Origin: a bacterium
GTDB taxonomy: Bacteria; Verrucomicrobiota; Verrucomicrobiia; Chthoniobacterales; JAFAMB01
Reading direction: 5' to 3'
Assembly (NCBI GenBank): GCA_046727495.1
Contig: JBKPCS010000094.1
Span: 16,029-80,028, forward strand
Length of the DNA: 64,000 nucleotides
The notes under the pieces are model-generated. The model saw nothing but the letters and a program-made list of their open reading frames with translations. It ran no database searches and had not been told where the DNA came from. This document shows positions 28,501 to 36,325 of this stretch, piece after piece (the first letter of the stretch is position 1; each line of letters begins with the position of its first letter). The position numbers and the translations under genes are program-made.

Positions 28501-28912
28501 TGAAGAATTCATGGTCGAAACTGCGGGCAGAGGGTTTTATGAAATTACCGACCGTGTTTCTAGCGCGGTTGACAAAAGCGGGGTGAGAAACGGGATCGCG
28601 ACCGTCTTCATACAACATACCAGCGCCAGCCTGATCATCTTCGAGAACGCCGATCCGACCGCTCGCCGAGATCTGGAGCGCTTTTTCGCGCGCCTCGTTC
28701 CGGAAGGTATTCGCGACTACACACATAGTGCTGAGGGGCCGGACGACATGCCAAGTCATATTCGAATGGTTTTGACACGCACGTCTGAGACCATCCCGAT
28801 CGCCAGCGGATCTCTTCAGCTCGGGACATGGCAAGGCGTCTTCGTCTACGAGCATCGACGACGCTCGGAGCCACGGTCGATCGCGGTAAGTGTCATAGGG
28901 AGCGCGTCGTAA
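28484..28912 (+). CDS. yjbQ: secondary thiamine-phosphate synthase enzyme YjbQ (UPF0047)
   Basis: HTSASLIIFENADPTARRDLERFF...GPDDMPSHI...GTWQGVFVYEHR parallels E. coli YjbQ. An alternative start is ATG 28511. Confidence 0.85.
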   Translation: MIEVYNEEFMVETAGRGFYEITDRVSSAVDKSGVRNGIATVFIQHTSASLIIFENADPTARRDLERFFARLVPEGIRDYTHSAEGPDDMPSHIRMVLTRTSETIPIASGSLQLGTWQGVFVYEHRRRSEPRSIAVSVIGSAS

Positions 28913-28913
28913 A

Positions 28914-29891
28914 ATGAGTTTTCCGCCTTCGCACAGCTTCGGCGCGACAGATCCGCCCTCGCACAGCTTCGGCGCGACAGATCCGCCTTCGCACAGCTTC
29001 GACGCGACGGGTCCGCATTCGCAAAGTCTCAGCGCCACGCCGCCAGCTTCGCAAAGCCCGGGCGTGATAAAGGTTCCGGAAGAACCCATACTCATTCTGT
29101 CGGATCTCCACATGGGGCACCGTGCTTCCCGGATAAAAGATCCCGAACAACTGGCGCCCTTGCTAAGCGGAATTCGTTGTGTCGTGTTGAATGGTGACAC
29201 TGCGGAGATGCGCCATGAAGAGGATCGGCCGATTGGACGCAAACTAGCCGCTGATCTGGCCAAGATGTGCCATCATCTGGGAACAAAGCCATTTTTTATA
29301 AATGGAAATCATGATCCAACAATTTCGCATATAAACCATTTCGACCTGGCCTCTGACATCATTCTTGTGACGCACGGCGATGTTCTCTTTTTCGGTGTGA
29401 CGCCGTGGAGCCGAGACGCAGCGCATTATCGGAGGAAACATCAAGAAATCTTGGATGGCCTCGACCCGGAAAACTTGTCGGATTTCGAAGAACGGTTGCG
29501 GGCGACAAAACAGACTGCGCTTGAGCTTCAGATGGTCGAGGCACCTTTGACCAAATCTCGAATACCGGGTCTGCGATTGGCTCTATGGCAGCTCTGGCCG
29601 CCTTGGCGTCCTTTCAAGATTTTGAAAGCGTGGCAAGAAACGCCAAAGCGTGCGGTCGACCTCGCAAACATATTTCGACCCAAGGCACGATTTGTTATTA
29701 TCGGGCATACCCATTTTCCAGGCGCCTGGAAAAAGTCAGGGCGGGTGGTGATCAACACCGGCAGCTTCATCCCCTATTTCCCAGCTCATGGCGCGATCAT
29801 CAACCGGGATCGGATTGAAGTCCGGCAGATTGACCTTCAACAGGGGAAATTCCGCTTTGGGAAAGAAATTGGAAGTTTTGTGCTGGGTTAA
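28914..29891 (+). CDS. metallophosphoesterase family protein; N-terminal 50 codons are a 30-bp tandem repeat (true start may be GTG 29064)
   Basis: Motifs ILSDLHMGH, NGDTAE, INGNHD and IIGHTHFPG. ATG 28914 lies 1 nt after the yjbQ stop, but an in-frame GTG at 29064 precedes the first catalytic motif. Confidence 0.7.
   Translation: MSFPPSHSFGATDPPSHSFGATDPPSHSFDATGPHSQSLSATPPASQSPGVIKVPEEPILILSDLHMGHRASRIKDPEQLAPLLSGIRCVVLNGDTAEMRHEEDRPIGRKLAADLAKMCHHLGTKPFFINGNHDPTISHINHFDLASDIILVTHGDVLFFGVTPWSRDAAHYRRKHQEILDGLDPENLSDFEERLRATKQTALELQMVEAPLTKSRIPGLRLALWQLWPPWRPFKILKAWQETPKRAVDLANIFRPKARFVIIGHTHFPGAWKKSGRVVINTGSFIPYFPAHGAIINRDRIEVRQIDLQQGKFRFGKEIGSFVLG
28923..29063 (+). repeat. tandem repeat, 30-bp unit ccgccttcgcacagcttcggcgcgacagat, about 4.7 copies with 3'-ward decay
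   Basis: Units at 28923-28952, 28953-28982 (1 mismatch), 28983-29012, 29013-29042 and a partial fifth. Read directly from the sequence. Confidence 0.85.
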
Positions 29892-29971
29892 GGGCGAGGC
29901 GTTTCGACTCATGACGCCGAAGTCTTGCTGGGCCGTCGCGGATATGTTCTAACAGTTCATTCCCGATCCCT

Positions 29972-30514
29972 ATGCCCGACTCGTACGTTGCTCTTCTCCG
30001 AGGAATCAATCTCGGCCCTAACAATAGGCTGCCGACGAAAACGGTCGAAAAAATGTTCAGCGACGCTGGATGTAGTGAGGTGCGGAGCTATGTCCAGAGT
30101 GGAAACATAGTCCTTCGCGCAAACAAATCTTTGGCCAGGAAATTATCAGATCAGATCGCAGCGCAGATCCTGCAGAGTTTCGGATTCCGAATACCGGTGA
30201 TTTTGCGGACGACGGAACAAATGGCGGAAACGGTGAGAAACAATCCGTTCATTAAGATGGGGGCGACGACCGATATTCTCCATGTAATGTTCCTGGCTGA
30301 TCAGGCAAACCAGGAACGGATCGCTGCTCTCGACCATGACCGTTTCCTGCCAGACGAATTCGTTATCCGTGGAGCTGAGATTTATCTTCGTCTTCCAAAC
30401 GGAGTCGCAAGGACAAAGCTTACGAACGCTTATTTCGACTCGAAGCTGGCGACAGTTAGTACGGGCCGGAATTGGAGAACGGTAAATAAGTTGTTGGAGA
30501 TGATGCAGGAGTGA
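29972..30514 (+). CDS. DUF1697 domain-containing protein
   Basis: 180 aa. The N-terminus YVALLRGINLGPNNRLPTK...SYVQSGNIVL matches the DUF1697 pattern. Confidence 0.75.
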   Translation: MPDSYVALLRGINLGPNNRLPTKTVEKMFSDAGCSEVRSYVQSGNIVLRANKSLARKLSDQIAAQILQSFGFRIPVILRTTEQMAETVRNNPFIKMGATTDILHVMFLADQANQERIAALDHDRFLPDEFVIRGAEIYLRLPNGVARTKLTNAYFDSKLATVSTGRNWRTVNKLLEMMQE

Positions 30515-30557
30515 AACGCCGGAAACGCCGACATCGCCGAGAACGCAACAGTCGCCC
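30513..30557 (+). repeat. tandem nonamer array (GAAACGCCG GAAACGCCG ACATCGCCG AGAACGCAA CAGTCGCCC) starting in the stop codon
   Basis: Read directly from the sequence. Related arrays lie at 49069-49104 and, inverted, at 54645-54680. Confidence 0.65.
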
Positions 30558-30579
30558 AGCATCGGATCAATTTCGCGCC

Positions 30580-30756
30580 TTAGGGTCGGCTGCGGAGCAG
30601 TCTTAAGATTTTAGCCTAGGGGCTTCAGCCCCGGGTTATGCCATAACACCAAGCCGCTTGAAAAAGCGACAGACCATGTTGCCCTTTCAGGGTAGATGGT
30701 TTTTGGGGTTAATTACCCAGGGCTGAAGCCCTGGGCTAAGATCTGACGCACCCTAA
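30580..30756. mobile_element. MITE-like element, 177 bp with ~55-bp imperfect terminal inverted repeats
   Basis: The left end ttagggtcggctgcggagcagtcttaagattttagcctaggggcttcagccccgggtta pairs with the right end taattacccagggctgaagccctgggctaagatctgacgcaccctaa. Each arm carries its own small palindrome (ggggc ttca gcccc in the left arm; gggct gaa gccc in the right). There is no ORF inside. Confidence 0.55.
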
Positions 30757-30777
30757 TCGGAGCAAATTAATCCTGCG

Positions 30778-31184
30778 CCAAACGTTTTCCGAAACTGACC
30801 ACATCGTCGACCTGGTACCCAAGTGCTCTATAAAAAAACTCCGCTGCGCGATTGCCCGCCCTAACCTGCAGATTAACTTTAGGACAGCCGCGGTCGGCTA
30901 AGAGTTTCTCGGCAGCTGCCATAAGCATTCGCGCATAACCCTGTCGACGATGATCGGGATCGATCGCCCAGATAGTTTATCCAGCCGCGATGACCCTCGT
31001 AGCCGATCATAATTGTGCCAATGAGCGATTCGCCTTCAATGGCGATGAGGAAAAGATCAGGATCAAGCGCAATCTTTCGCGCAATGTCCTTCTTCGGATC
31101 GTTCCACGGCCGGATCAGACCACAGCGCTCCCAAAGCGAAACCACCGCCGATTCGAAATCGGTGGAATAAGGGCAGATGCGCAT
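30778..31184 (-). pseudogene. GNAT family N-acetyltransferase interrupted by a +1 frameshift in a G-run (or an assembly error)
   Basis: The ORF 30879-31184 ends in nonsense after ...GHRGWINYL. Skipping one G of the run at 30978-30980 restores AIDPDHRRQGYARMLMAAAEKLLADRGCPKVNLQVRAGNRAAEFFYRALGYQVDDVVSFGKRLAQD-stop (30778), a canonical GNAT motif A and C-terminus. Confidence 0.6.
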
Positions 31185-31198
31185 AGGCGCTGGGTCTC

Positions 31199-31230
31199 GG
31201 CGGCAAAGGTCTGCCGCCCTACAGCCGCGC
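31199..31230 (-). repeat. REP-like family B unit, copy 3, one nt after the rpsD stop
   Basis: ggcggcaaaggtctgccgccctacagccgcgc. Its reverse complement tgtagggcggcagacctttgccgcc matches the units at 25464-25588. Confidence 0.7.
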
Positions 31231-31231
31231 T

Positions 31232-31843
31232 CTATCGCGAATACAACTCGACCACCAACTGCTCGTTGACGATCGGGGCAATTTCTTCACGGGACGGTAT
31301 CCGCATGACTTTGCCCTGGAATTGGTCTTTGTCAGCAACCAACCAGTCTGGCACCGGCTGAATCTGGGTGAGCTCAAGATTACGAGTCACTAACCGTCGT
31401 GAACCCGGCTTGTCCTTGATTGCAACCACATCCCCTGCTTTCACGTTGTACGAAGCAACGTTCACCTTCCGGCCATTTACTGTGACGTGTCCGTGCGAAA
31501 CCAGCTGGCGTGCCGCACTACGGGAATTGGCGAATCCCATCCGATAAACAACGTTGTCCAGGCGCGTCTCCAGCATCTGCAAAAGTGTTTCGCCAGTGAC
31601 ACCACGCTTCTTCAAGGCGGTGTTGAAGTAGCGACGGAACTGTCGCTCCATCAAACCGTACTGAAACCGGAGCTTTTGCTTTTCTGCCAAAGCGTTCGCG
31701 TAATCGGATTGCTTCCGACGAGAACCTTTCGGGCCATGCATACCCGGCGGGTAATTCTTCCGCTCCAGCGCCTTGCTTGGACCGAACAGAGCAACGCCGA
31801 ACCGACGACTAATTTTTGATTTAGGACCAGTATAACGAGCCAT
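31232..31843 (-). CDS. rpsD: 30S ribosomal protein S4
   Basis: MARYTGPKSKISRRFG... Start chosen at ATG 31843, 23 nt after the rpsK stop. The ORF opens at 31897. Confidence 0.95.
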   Translation of the reverse strand: MARYTGPKSKISRRFGVALFGPSKALERKNYPPGMHGPKGSRRKQSDYANALAEKQKLRFQYGLMERQFRRYFNTALKKRGVTGETLLQMLETRLDNVVYRMGFANSRSAARQLVSHGHVTVNGRKVNVASYNVKAGDVVAIKDKPGSRRLVTRNLELTQIQPVPDWLVADKDQFQGKVMRIPSREEIAPIVNEQLVVELYSR

Positions 31844-31866
31844 GATGCAAAAGTTCTTTCTGTTGG

Positions 31867-32469
31867 TCAGACGCGACGTTGTTTCGGAGGCCGGCATCCG
31901 TTATGCGGCACTGGCGTGACATCACGAATCACAGAGATGTCGAGACCGATCGCTTGAATCGCGCGAACGGCAGACTCGCGGCCAGCGCCCGGGCCTTTAA
32001 CCAGGACTTCTACTTCTTTCAGGCCATGCCCCATTGCCTGTCTGCAAGCATCCTGAGCAACAAGTTGCGCAGCGTATGCTGTACTTTTGCGCGAGCCTTT
32101 AAAACCTACCTTACCGGCGCTTGACCATCCGATAATGTTTCCGGAAAGATCGGAGATCGAAACGATTGTGTTATTAAAAGTCGCGAGAATGTGCGCAACA
32201 CCAGTAGAAACATTCTTGCTCCCCTTCGCCTTAATGATTTTCGGCTTGGCTTCGGCAGGCTCAAGCGAAAGAGCCGCTGCTGCCGCTGGCTTCTCAGTTT
32301 CCTTTTTCGCACCTTTTGTCTTCGTGCTCCGAGCAGGTTTCGCTTCAGGAGGGGCAGGCGCTTGAGTCTGCGCTGTTGGAGCTGAAGCTGGTGTCGCTTC
32401 TGCCGGCGCGGGCGCAGGTGCTGCCTCAGGTTCAGGTGTTGGGGTTGGGGTCGTGTTTTCGTCTGCCAT
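31867..32469 (-). CDS. rpsK: 30S ribosomal protein S11 with a ~70-aa Ala/Pro/Thr-rich N-terminal extension
   Basis: The core [18 protein letters not shown]...[13 protein letters not shown] is canonical S11. The only in-frame start codon upstream of the core is ATG 32469, 16 nt after the rpsM stop. Confidence 0.93.
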   Translation of the reverse strand: MADENTTPTPTPEPEAAPAPAPAEATPASAPTAQTQAPAPPEAKPARSTKTKGAKKETEKPAAAAALSLEPAEAKPKIIKAKGSKNVSTGVAHILATFNNTIVSISDLSGNIIGWSSAGKVGFKGSRKSTAYAAQLVAQDACRQAMGHGLKEVEVLVKGPGAGRESAVRAIQAIGLDISVIRDVTPVPHNGCRPPKQRRV

Positions 32470-32485
32470 TCTCTGTTACCTTCGA

Positions 32486-32881
32486 TTAAACCTTTCCAGC
32501 CTTCGCATCTTTGTTGCGCTGCACGCCGACGGTCTTACGCGGGCCTTTGCGCGTACGGGCGTTTGTTGAAGTCCGCTGACCGCGAACCGGTAGACCGCGG
32601 CTATGCCGGAGCCCACGGTAGCATTTAATTGCCTGCAAACGTTTGAGGTTCCCTTGAATCTCTCTGCGCAAGTCGCCCTCGATCAACAGTCCGCTCGCGT
32701 TGATCGCGTGGACAATATCTCCCAACTGTTCCGGTGTCAGATTTTTGGCGCGCAGGTTGGGATCGATATTCGCCTGCTCGAGAATCTTTTTCGCTGTTCT
32801 GGGCCCAAGACCGTAAATGTAGGGCAATGAAGCTTCAATTCGCTTCTCTCCAGGTATCTCCACTCCAAGTAATCGAGGCAT
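32486..32881 (-). CDS. rpsM: 30S ribosomal protein S13
   Basis: [26 protein letters not shown]..., 131 aa, in the conserved position. Confidence 0.96.
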   Translation of the reverse strand: MPRLLGVEIPGEKRIEASLPYIYGLGPRTAKKILEQANIDPNLRAKNLTPEQLGDIVHAINASGLLIEGDLRREIQGNLKRLQAIKCYRGLRHSRGLPVRGQRTSTNARTRKGPRKTVGVQRNKDAKAGKV

Positions 32882-32904
32882 ATTAAATATATCCAGGCAG
32901 ACAA

Positions 32905-33018
32905 TTAGCCTTGTCGTTGTTTATGCCGCGGGTTCTTGCAAACCACGCGGACGACATTTTTCCGCTTCACAATCTTGCAACTCTCACAGAGTCGCTTCAC
33001 TGAAGGTCGTACTTTCAT
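32905..33018 (-). CDS. rpmJ: 50S ribosomal protein L36 (not in the supplied ORF track)
   Basis: Manual translation of the minus strand gives [37 protein letters not shown]-stop (37 aa), the canonical L36 with its CxxC...C...H zinc-binding residues. It lies between infA and rpsM. Confidence 0.92.
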   Translation of the reverse strand: MKVRPSVKRLCESCKIVKRKNVVRVVCKNPRHKQRQG

Positions 33019-33195
33019 CTAAATCTACGTAAGTTTTGTTCTACGTAAGTCTCCCGGGTGTCGGCGCACCCCCGAAGGCTTTCGGGGCTACAGCCTGGCA
33101 ATCCAGAGGTCCAAAGCCATCTCGGGCGCTAAGGACAAAAAAACGCAACCCACGGAGCCCTGGCTCGCGCAGGAGCGTTTCAACACTATTTCACC

Positions 33196-33414
33196 TTACT
33201 TATGCCGGAAGGTAATTCGGCCTTTCGTCAGGTCGTAAGGAGACATCTCTACCATAACTTTGTCTCCTGGCAAGATCCGAATAAAGTGCAATCGCATTTT
33301 TCCCGAGATATGTGCCAGGATACGATGGCCATTGGGTAATTCCACCCGGAACATCGTATTCGGAAGCAATTCGGCTACCTTGCCTTCAACTTCGATGACG
33401 TCTTTTCGCGCCAT
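33196..33414 (-). CDS. infA: translation initiation factor IF-1
   Basis: 72 aa: [41 protein letters not shown]... Confidence 0.96.
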   Translation of the reverse strand: MARKDVIEVEGKVAELLPNTMFRVELPNGHRILAHISGKMRLHFIRILPGDKVMVEMSPYDLTKGRITFRHK

Positions 33415-34151
33415 GTCAAGATTTCTGGTTCACCTTTCGTTACGAGGACGGTGTGCTCAAAATGGGCAGATGGTGAATGATCTGCGGTGACGACTGTCCA
33501 ATCGTCGTCGAGCACTTTGACCGCCGCAGCGCCCAAATTAACCATCGGTTCGATCGCCAGCGTCATCCCAGCCCTTAGCTTTGCCGTCGTTCCTGCGGTC
33601 CGATAATTCGGGATTTGGGGCTCTTCATGGAGTCGTCTTCCAACTCCGTGACCTACAAACTCGCGCACAACACTGAAACCGTTCGTTTCGACTTCATCCT
33701 GGATAGCTGCACAAACTTCGCTTAATCGGCGTCCTTCACGCACCTTCTCGATGCCCTTATGCAGCGCATCTTCAGTCGCAGTCAAAAGCCGCTGGACATC
33801 ATCACTGACTATCCCGACCGGCACAGTTGCTGCCGTATCCCCGACAAAACCATTCAGGATCACACCGACGTCGAGCTTTACAATATCGCCATACTGGATG
33901 CGTCTTGATCCTCCGATCCCGTGCACGACCTCCTCGTTAACCGAAATACAAATTGTTCCGGGGAACTGTCGGTAGCCAAGAAATGCGCTTTTACAAGCTG
34001 CATCCTCCATCATTCGCGCCGCGGCTTCGTCGACATCTTTTGTCGTGATCCCAGGACAGAGCATCGCGGAAAGATCCTGCAGGATGTGGCTCGCCAGCTT
34101 ACAGGAGGCTCGCATCTTTTCGATTTCCGCACCTGTCTTAATCGGAATCAT
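33375..34151 (-). CDS. map: type I methionyl aminopeptidase
   Basis: 258 aa with the metal-ligand contexts VHGIG, DVGV..GFVGDTA, FVGHGVG and EPMV. Overlaps adk by 4 nt, and its 3' end overlaps the infA start by 40 nt. Confidence 0.92.
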   Translation of the reverse strand: MIPIKTGAEIEKMRASCKLASHILQDLSAMLCPGITTKDVDEAAARMMEDAACKSAFLGYRQFPGTICISVNEEVVHGIGGSRRIQYGDIVKLDVGVILNGFVGDTAATVPVGIVSDDVQRLLTATEDALHKGIEKVREGRRLSEVCAAIQDEVETNGFSVVREFVGHGVGRRLHEEPQIPNYRTAGTTAKLRAGMTLAIEPMVNLGAAAVKVLDDDWTVVTADHSPSAHFEHTVLVTKGEPEILTWREKTSSKLKAR

Positions 34152-34792
34152 TCCTCTATAAGTCGTTCTATATCATAGGAGACGGCTTCAATCGCGCGGT
34201 CTCCGTTTACGCGGGCCAATATACCCGCTCTGCCGTAGAAGTCTGTTACCGGAAGCGTTTTATTCCGATATTCCTCCATGCGGCGTGCCAGTGCGGCCTG
34301 GTTGTCGTCGGCCCGGATTTCCAGTTTGCCGCTGCAATTAGGGCACGGCTCGCTCGAATCCTTAACATGTCTGCCGAGACTCACCGCCTTGCCACACCGC
34401 GTGCAGGTCAAGCGTCGTGACATCCGCCTGTAGATCGTCTGTTCTGGCACCTCGAGCAGGATCGCCAAATCAAGCGTCTGTCCCCGTGCCTTCAGCAACT
34501 GGTCGAAGAACTCGGCTTGCGCAACTGTCCGCGGAAAGCCATCGAGGAGAAATGATCCATCAATCCTGGTCAGCCAGGCTTCGACCACTTGCATGATTAC
34601 ATCATCTGCCGCCAATCCTCCCGCTCGAATAACTTCCTGGGCCTTGAGACCGAGCGACGTGCCGCTCTTGGCTTCTGCGCGCAAAATTGCGCCGGTCGAC
34701 GTGGTAGGAATATCAAACCGTTTCTGTATAAAATCCGCCTGTGTTCCTTTTCCGGAAGCAGGCGGGCCCAGGAGCAAGAGTCGTTTCTTCAC
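34148..34792 (-). CDS. adk: adenylate kinase
   Basis: P-loop LLGPPASGKGTQ and a zinc-lid CTRCG...CPNCSG. Confidence 0.95.
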   Translation of the reverse strand: MKKRLLLLGPPASGKGTQADFIQKRFDIPTTSTGAILRAEAKSGTSLGLKAQEVIRAGGLAADDVIMQVVEAWLTRIDGSFLLDGFPRTVAQAEFFDQLLKARGQTLDLAILLEVPEQTIYRRMSRRLTCTRCGKAVSLGRHVKDSSEPCPNCSGKLEIRADDNQAALARRMEEYRNKTLPVTDFYGRAGILARVNGDRAIEAVSYDIERLIEE

Positions 34793-34794
34793 TC

Positions 34795-36297
34795 CTACCC
34801 GTGATTAAAAAAGACCCAAACGGTGACACCAGCAATCGCAACAATCGCAAGCGAGATCCACATCCACAAAAGAACGGCTTCGTTTACGAATTTGCCGGTA
34901 CTGCCGACCGTCCGTTCGAAACGCCCGCGAATCCTGCCTTTGCGCAAGAAACCATCGTAGTGACGTTGAATCAGATGGGTCTCCACTTGCCGCATTGTGT
35001 CGAGCAAAACGCCCACAATGATCAGAATACTGGTTCCGCCAAAGAACCGAGCAGTTGCTCGCGGCACACCAAGCAGGATGATCATCGTTTCTGGAATCAC
35101 CGCAATGATGGTCAAGAAAAGCGCACCGGCGAACGTCAGCCGAGTCAGGGTAAACTCGAGAAAATCGGCGGTTGGCTTGCCTGGGCGATAACCGGGAATG
35201 TAACCGTTGTATTTTTTCAGATCGTCGGCGATCTGCGTTGGTTGGAACTGAATTGCCACCCAGAAATAGCTGAAGAAGAAGATCAATACGGCGGTCATCG
35301 CGTAATAGAGCCAACCGCCGGACAACGCGTTGGCAAGATTAGCAGCCCAGTCTCTATGGCCAGGTATCATACCCAGAATGGTGGCCGGAAACATGAGAAT
35401 TGCCTGGGCAAAAATGATCGGCATCACCCCAACGCCGTTAACCTTCAACGGGAGAAACTGTGTCTGACCGCCATAGACTTTACGTCCAACTACTCGTTTA
35501 GCGTATTGGATACTGATCTTACGCTGACCCTGTGTAAGGGCGATAACCGCGGCGATGACAATCACCAGAAACGCGATCATCAAAACTAACACCATTGGAC
35601 TGACTCTCGCTGGACCGCCGCTGGTTGGAACAAACGTGTTCCAAACTTGAACCAGAGCACCCGGCAAAGTCGCCACGATACCGATGGTGATGACCATCGA
35701 GATGCCATTACCGACTCCCCTATCCGTAATCTGGTCTCCCAGCCACATCAGAAACATTGTTCCAGCCGACAAACAAACGACGGAAACAAACAGGAAGCCC
35801 ATTCCAGGGTTCGGAACGAGCGGCCCAAGCCGAGCGGTGATACTGCCGATTCCCTGCAGGAACGGATTGGACTCTGGATTTTCCAAAGAAAGCGATAGCA
35901 GCCAACCCTGGAAGATGCAGAGCGCCAAAGTGACGTACCGAGTATATTGGTTGATTTTTTGGCGGCCGCCGTCTTCGCGCGCCAGCTTGTTCAGACGTGG
36001 AACAACCGCTGTCAGCAGCTGCATCATGATCGACGCGCTGATGTACGGCATGATACCAAGAGAAAAGATCGCGCAATGGCTCAGCGCGCCTCCGGCAAAA
36101 ACATTGAGCAACCCTGCGACTCCGCCTCCGGACGCACTGGAAGTCGCTTGGCGGAACCACTCATTCAACACATACGCGTTGACGCCGGGAATCGTGATCG
36201 CTGCGCCAGCCCGGACGACGACGAGAACAGCAATGGTGAATAGAATCCTGGAGCGCAGCTCCGGGATCTTGAAGATATTCGAGAAAGCGGAAATCAT
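34795..36297 (-). CDS. secY: preprotein translocase subunit SecY with an extra C-terminal hydrophobic segment
   Basis: 500 aa with a canonical 10-TM SecY core ending ...YDGFLRKGRIRGR, followed by 41 extra residues that include LLWMWISLAIVAIAGVTVWVFF. Confidence 0.95.
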   Translation of the reverse strand: MISAFSNIFKIPELRSRILFTIAVLVVVRAGAAITIPGVNAYVLNEWFRQATSSASGGGVAGLLNVFAGGALSHCAIFSLGIMPYISASIMMQLLTAVVPRLNKLAREDGGRQKINQYTRYVTLALCIFQGWLLSLSLENPESNPFLQGIGSITARLGPLVPNPGMGFLFVSVVCLSAGTMFLMWLGDQITDRGVGNGISMVITIGIVATLPGALVQVWNTFVPTSGGPARVSPMVLVLMIAFLVIVIAAVIALTQGQRKISIQYAKRVVGRKVYGGQTQFLPLKVNGVGVMPIIFAQAILMFPATILGMIPGHRDWAANLANALSGGWLYYAMTAVLIFFFSYFWVAIQFQPTQIADDLKKYNGYIPGYRPGKPTADFLEFTLTRLTFAGALFLTIIAVIPETMIILLGVPRATARFFGGTSILIIVGVLLDTMRQVETHLIQRHYDGFLRKGRIRGRFERTVGSTGKFVNEAVLLWMWISLAIVAIAGVTVWVFFNHG

Positions 36298-36325
36298 GAA
36301 CGGAGACTTTTGCTATTCCTGGCGA

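Noticed and set aside
28923-29063. Possible CRISPR array (regular ~30-bp repeats)
   Set aside because: The units are directly contiguous with no spacers and decay progressively, and no cas genes are present. It is a plain tandem repeat.
28283-29263. 326-aa minus-strand ORF spanning the serine hydrolase 3' end, yjbQ and the 30-bp repeat
   Set aside because: It is antisense to two well-supported genes. Its only striking feature (LCEGGSVAPK repeats) is the mirror image of the tandem repeat. The ORF is open only because of GC-rich composition.
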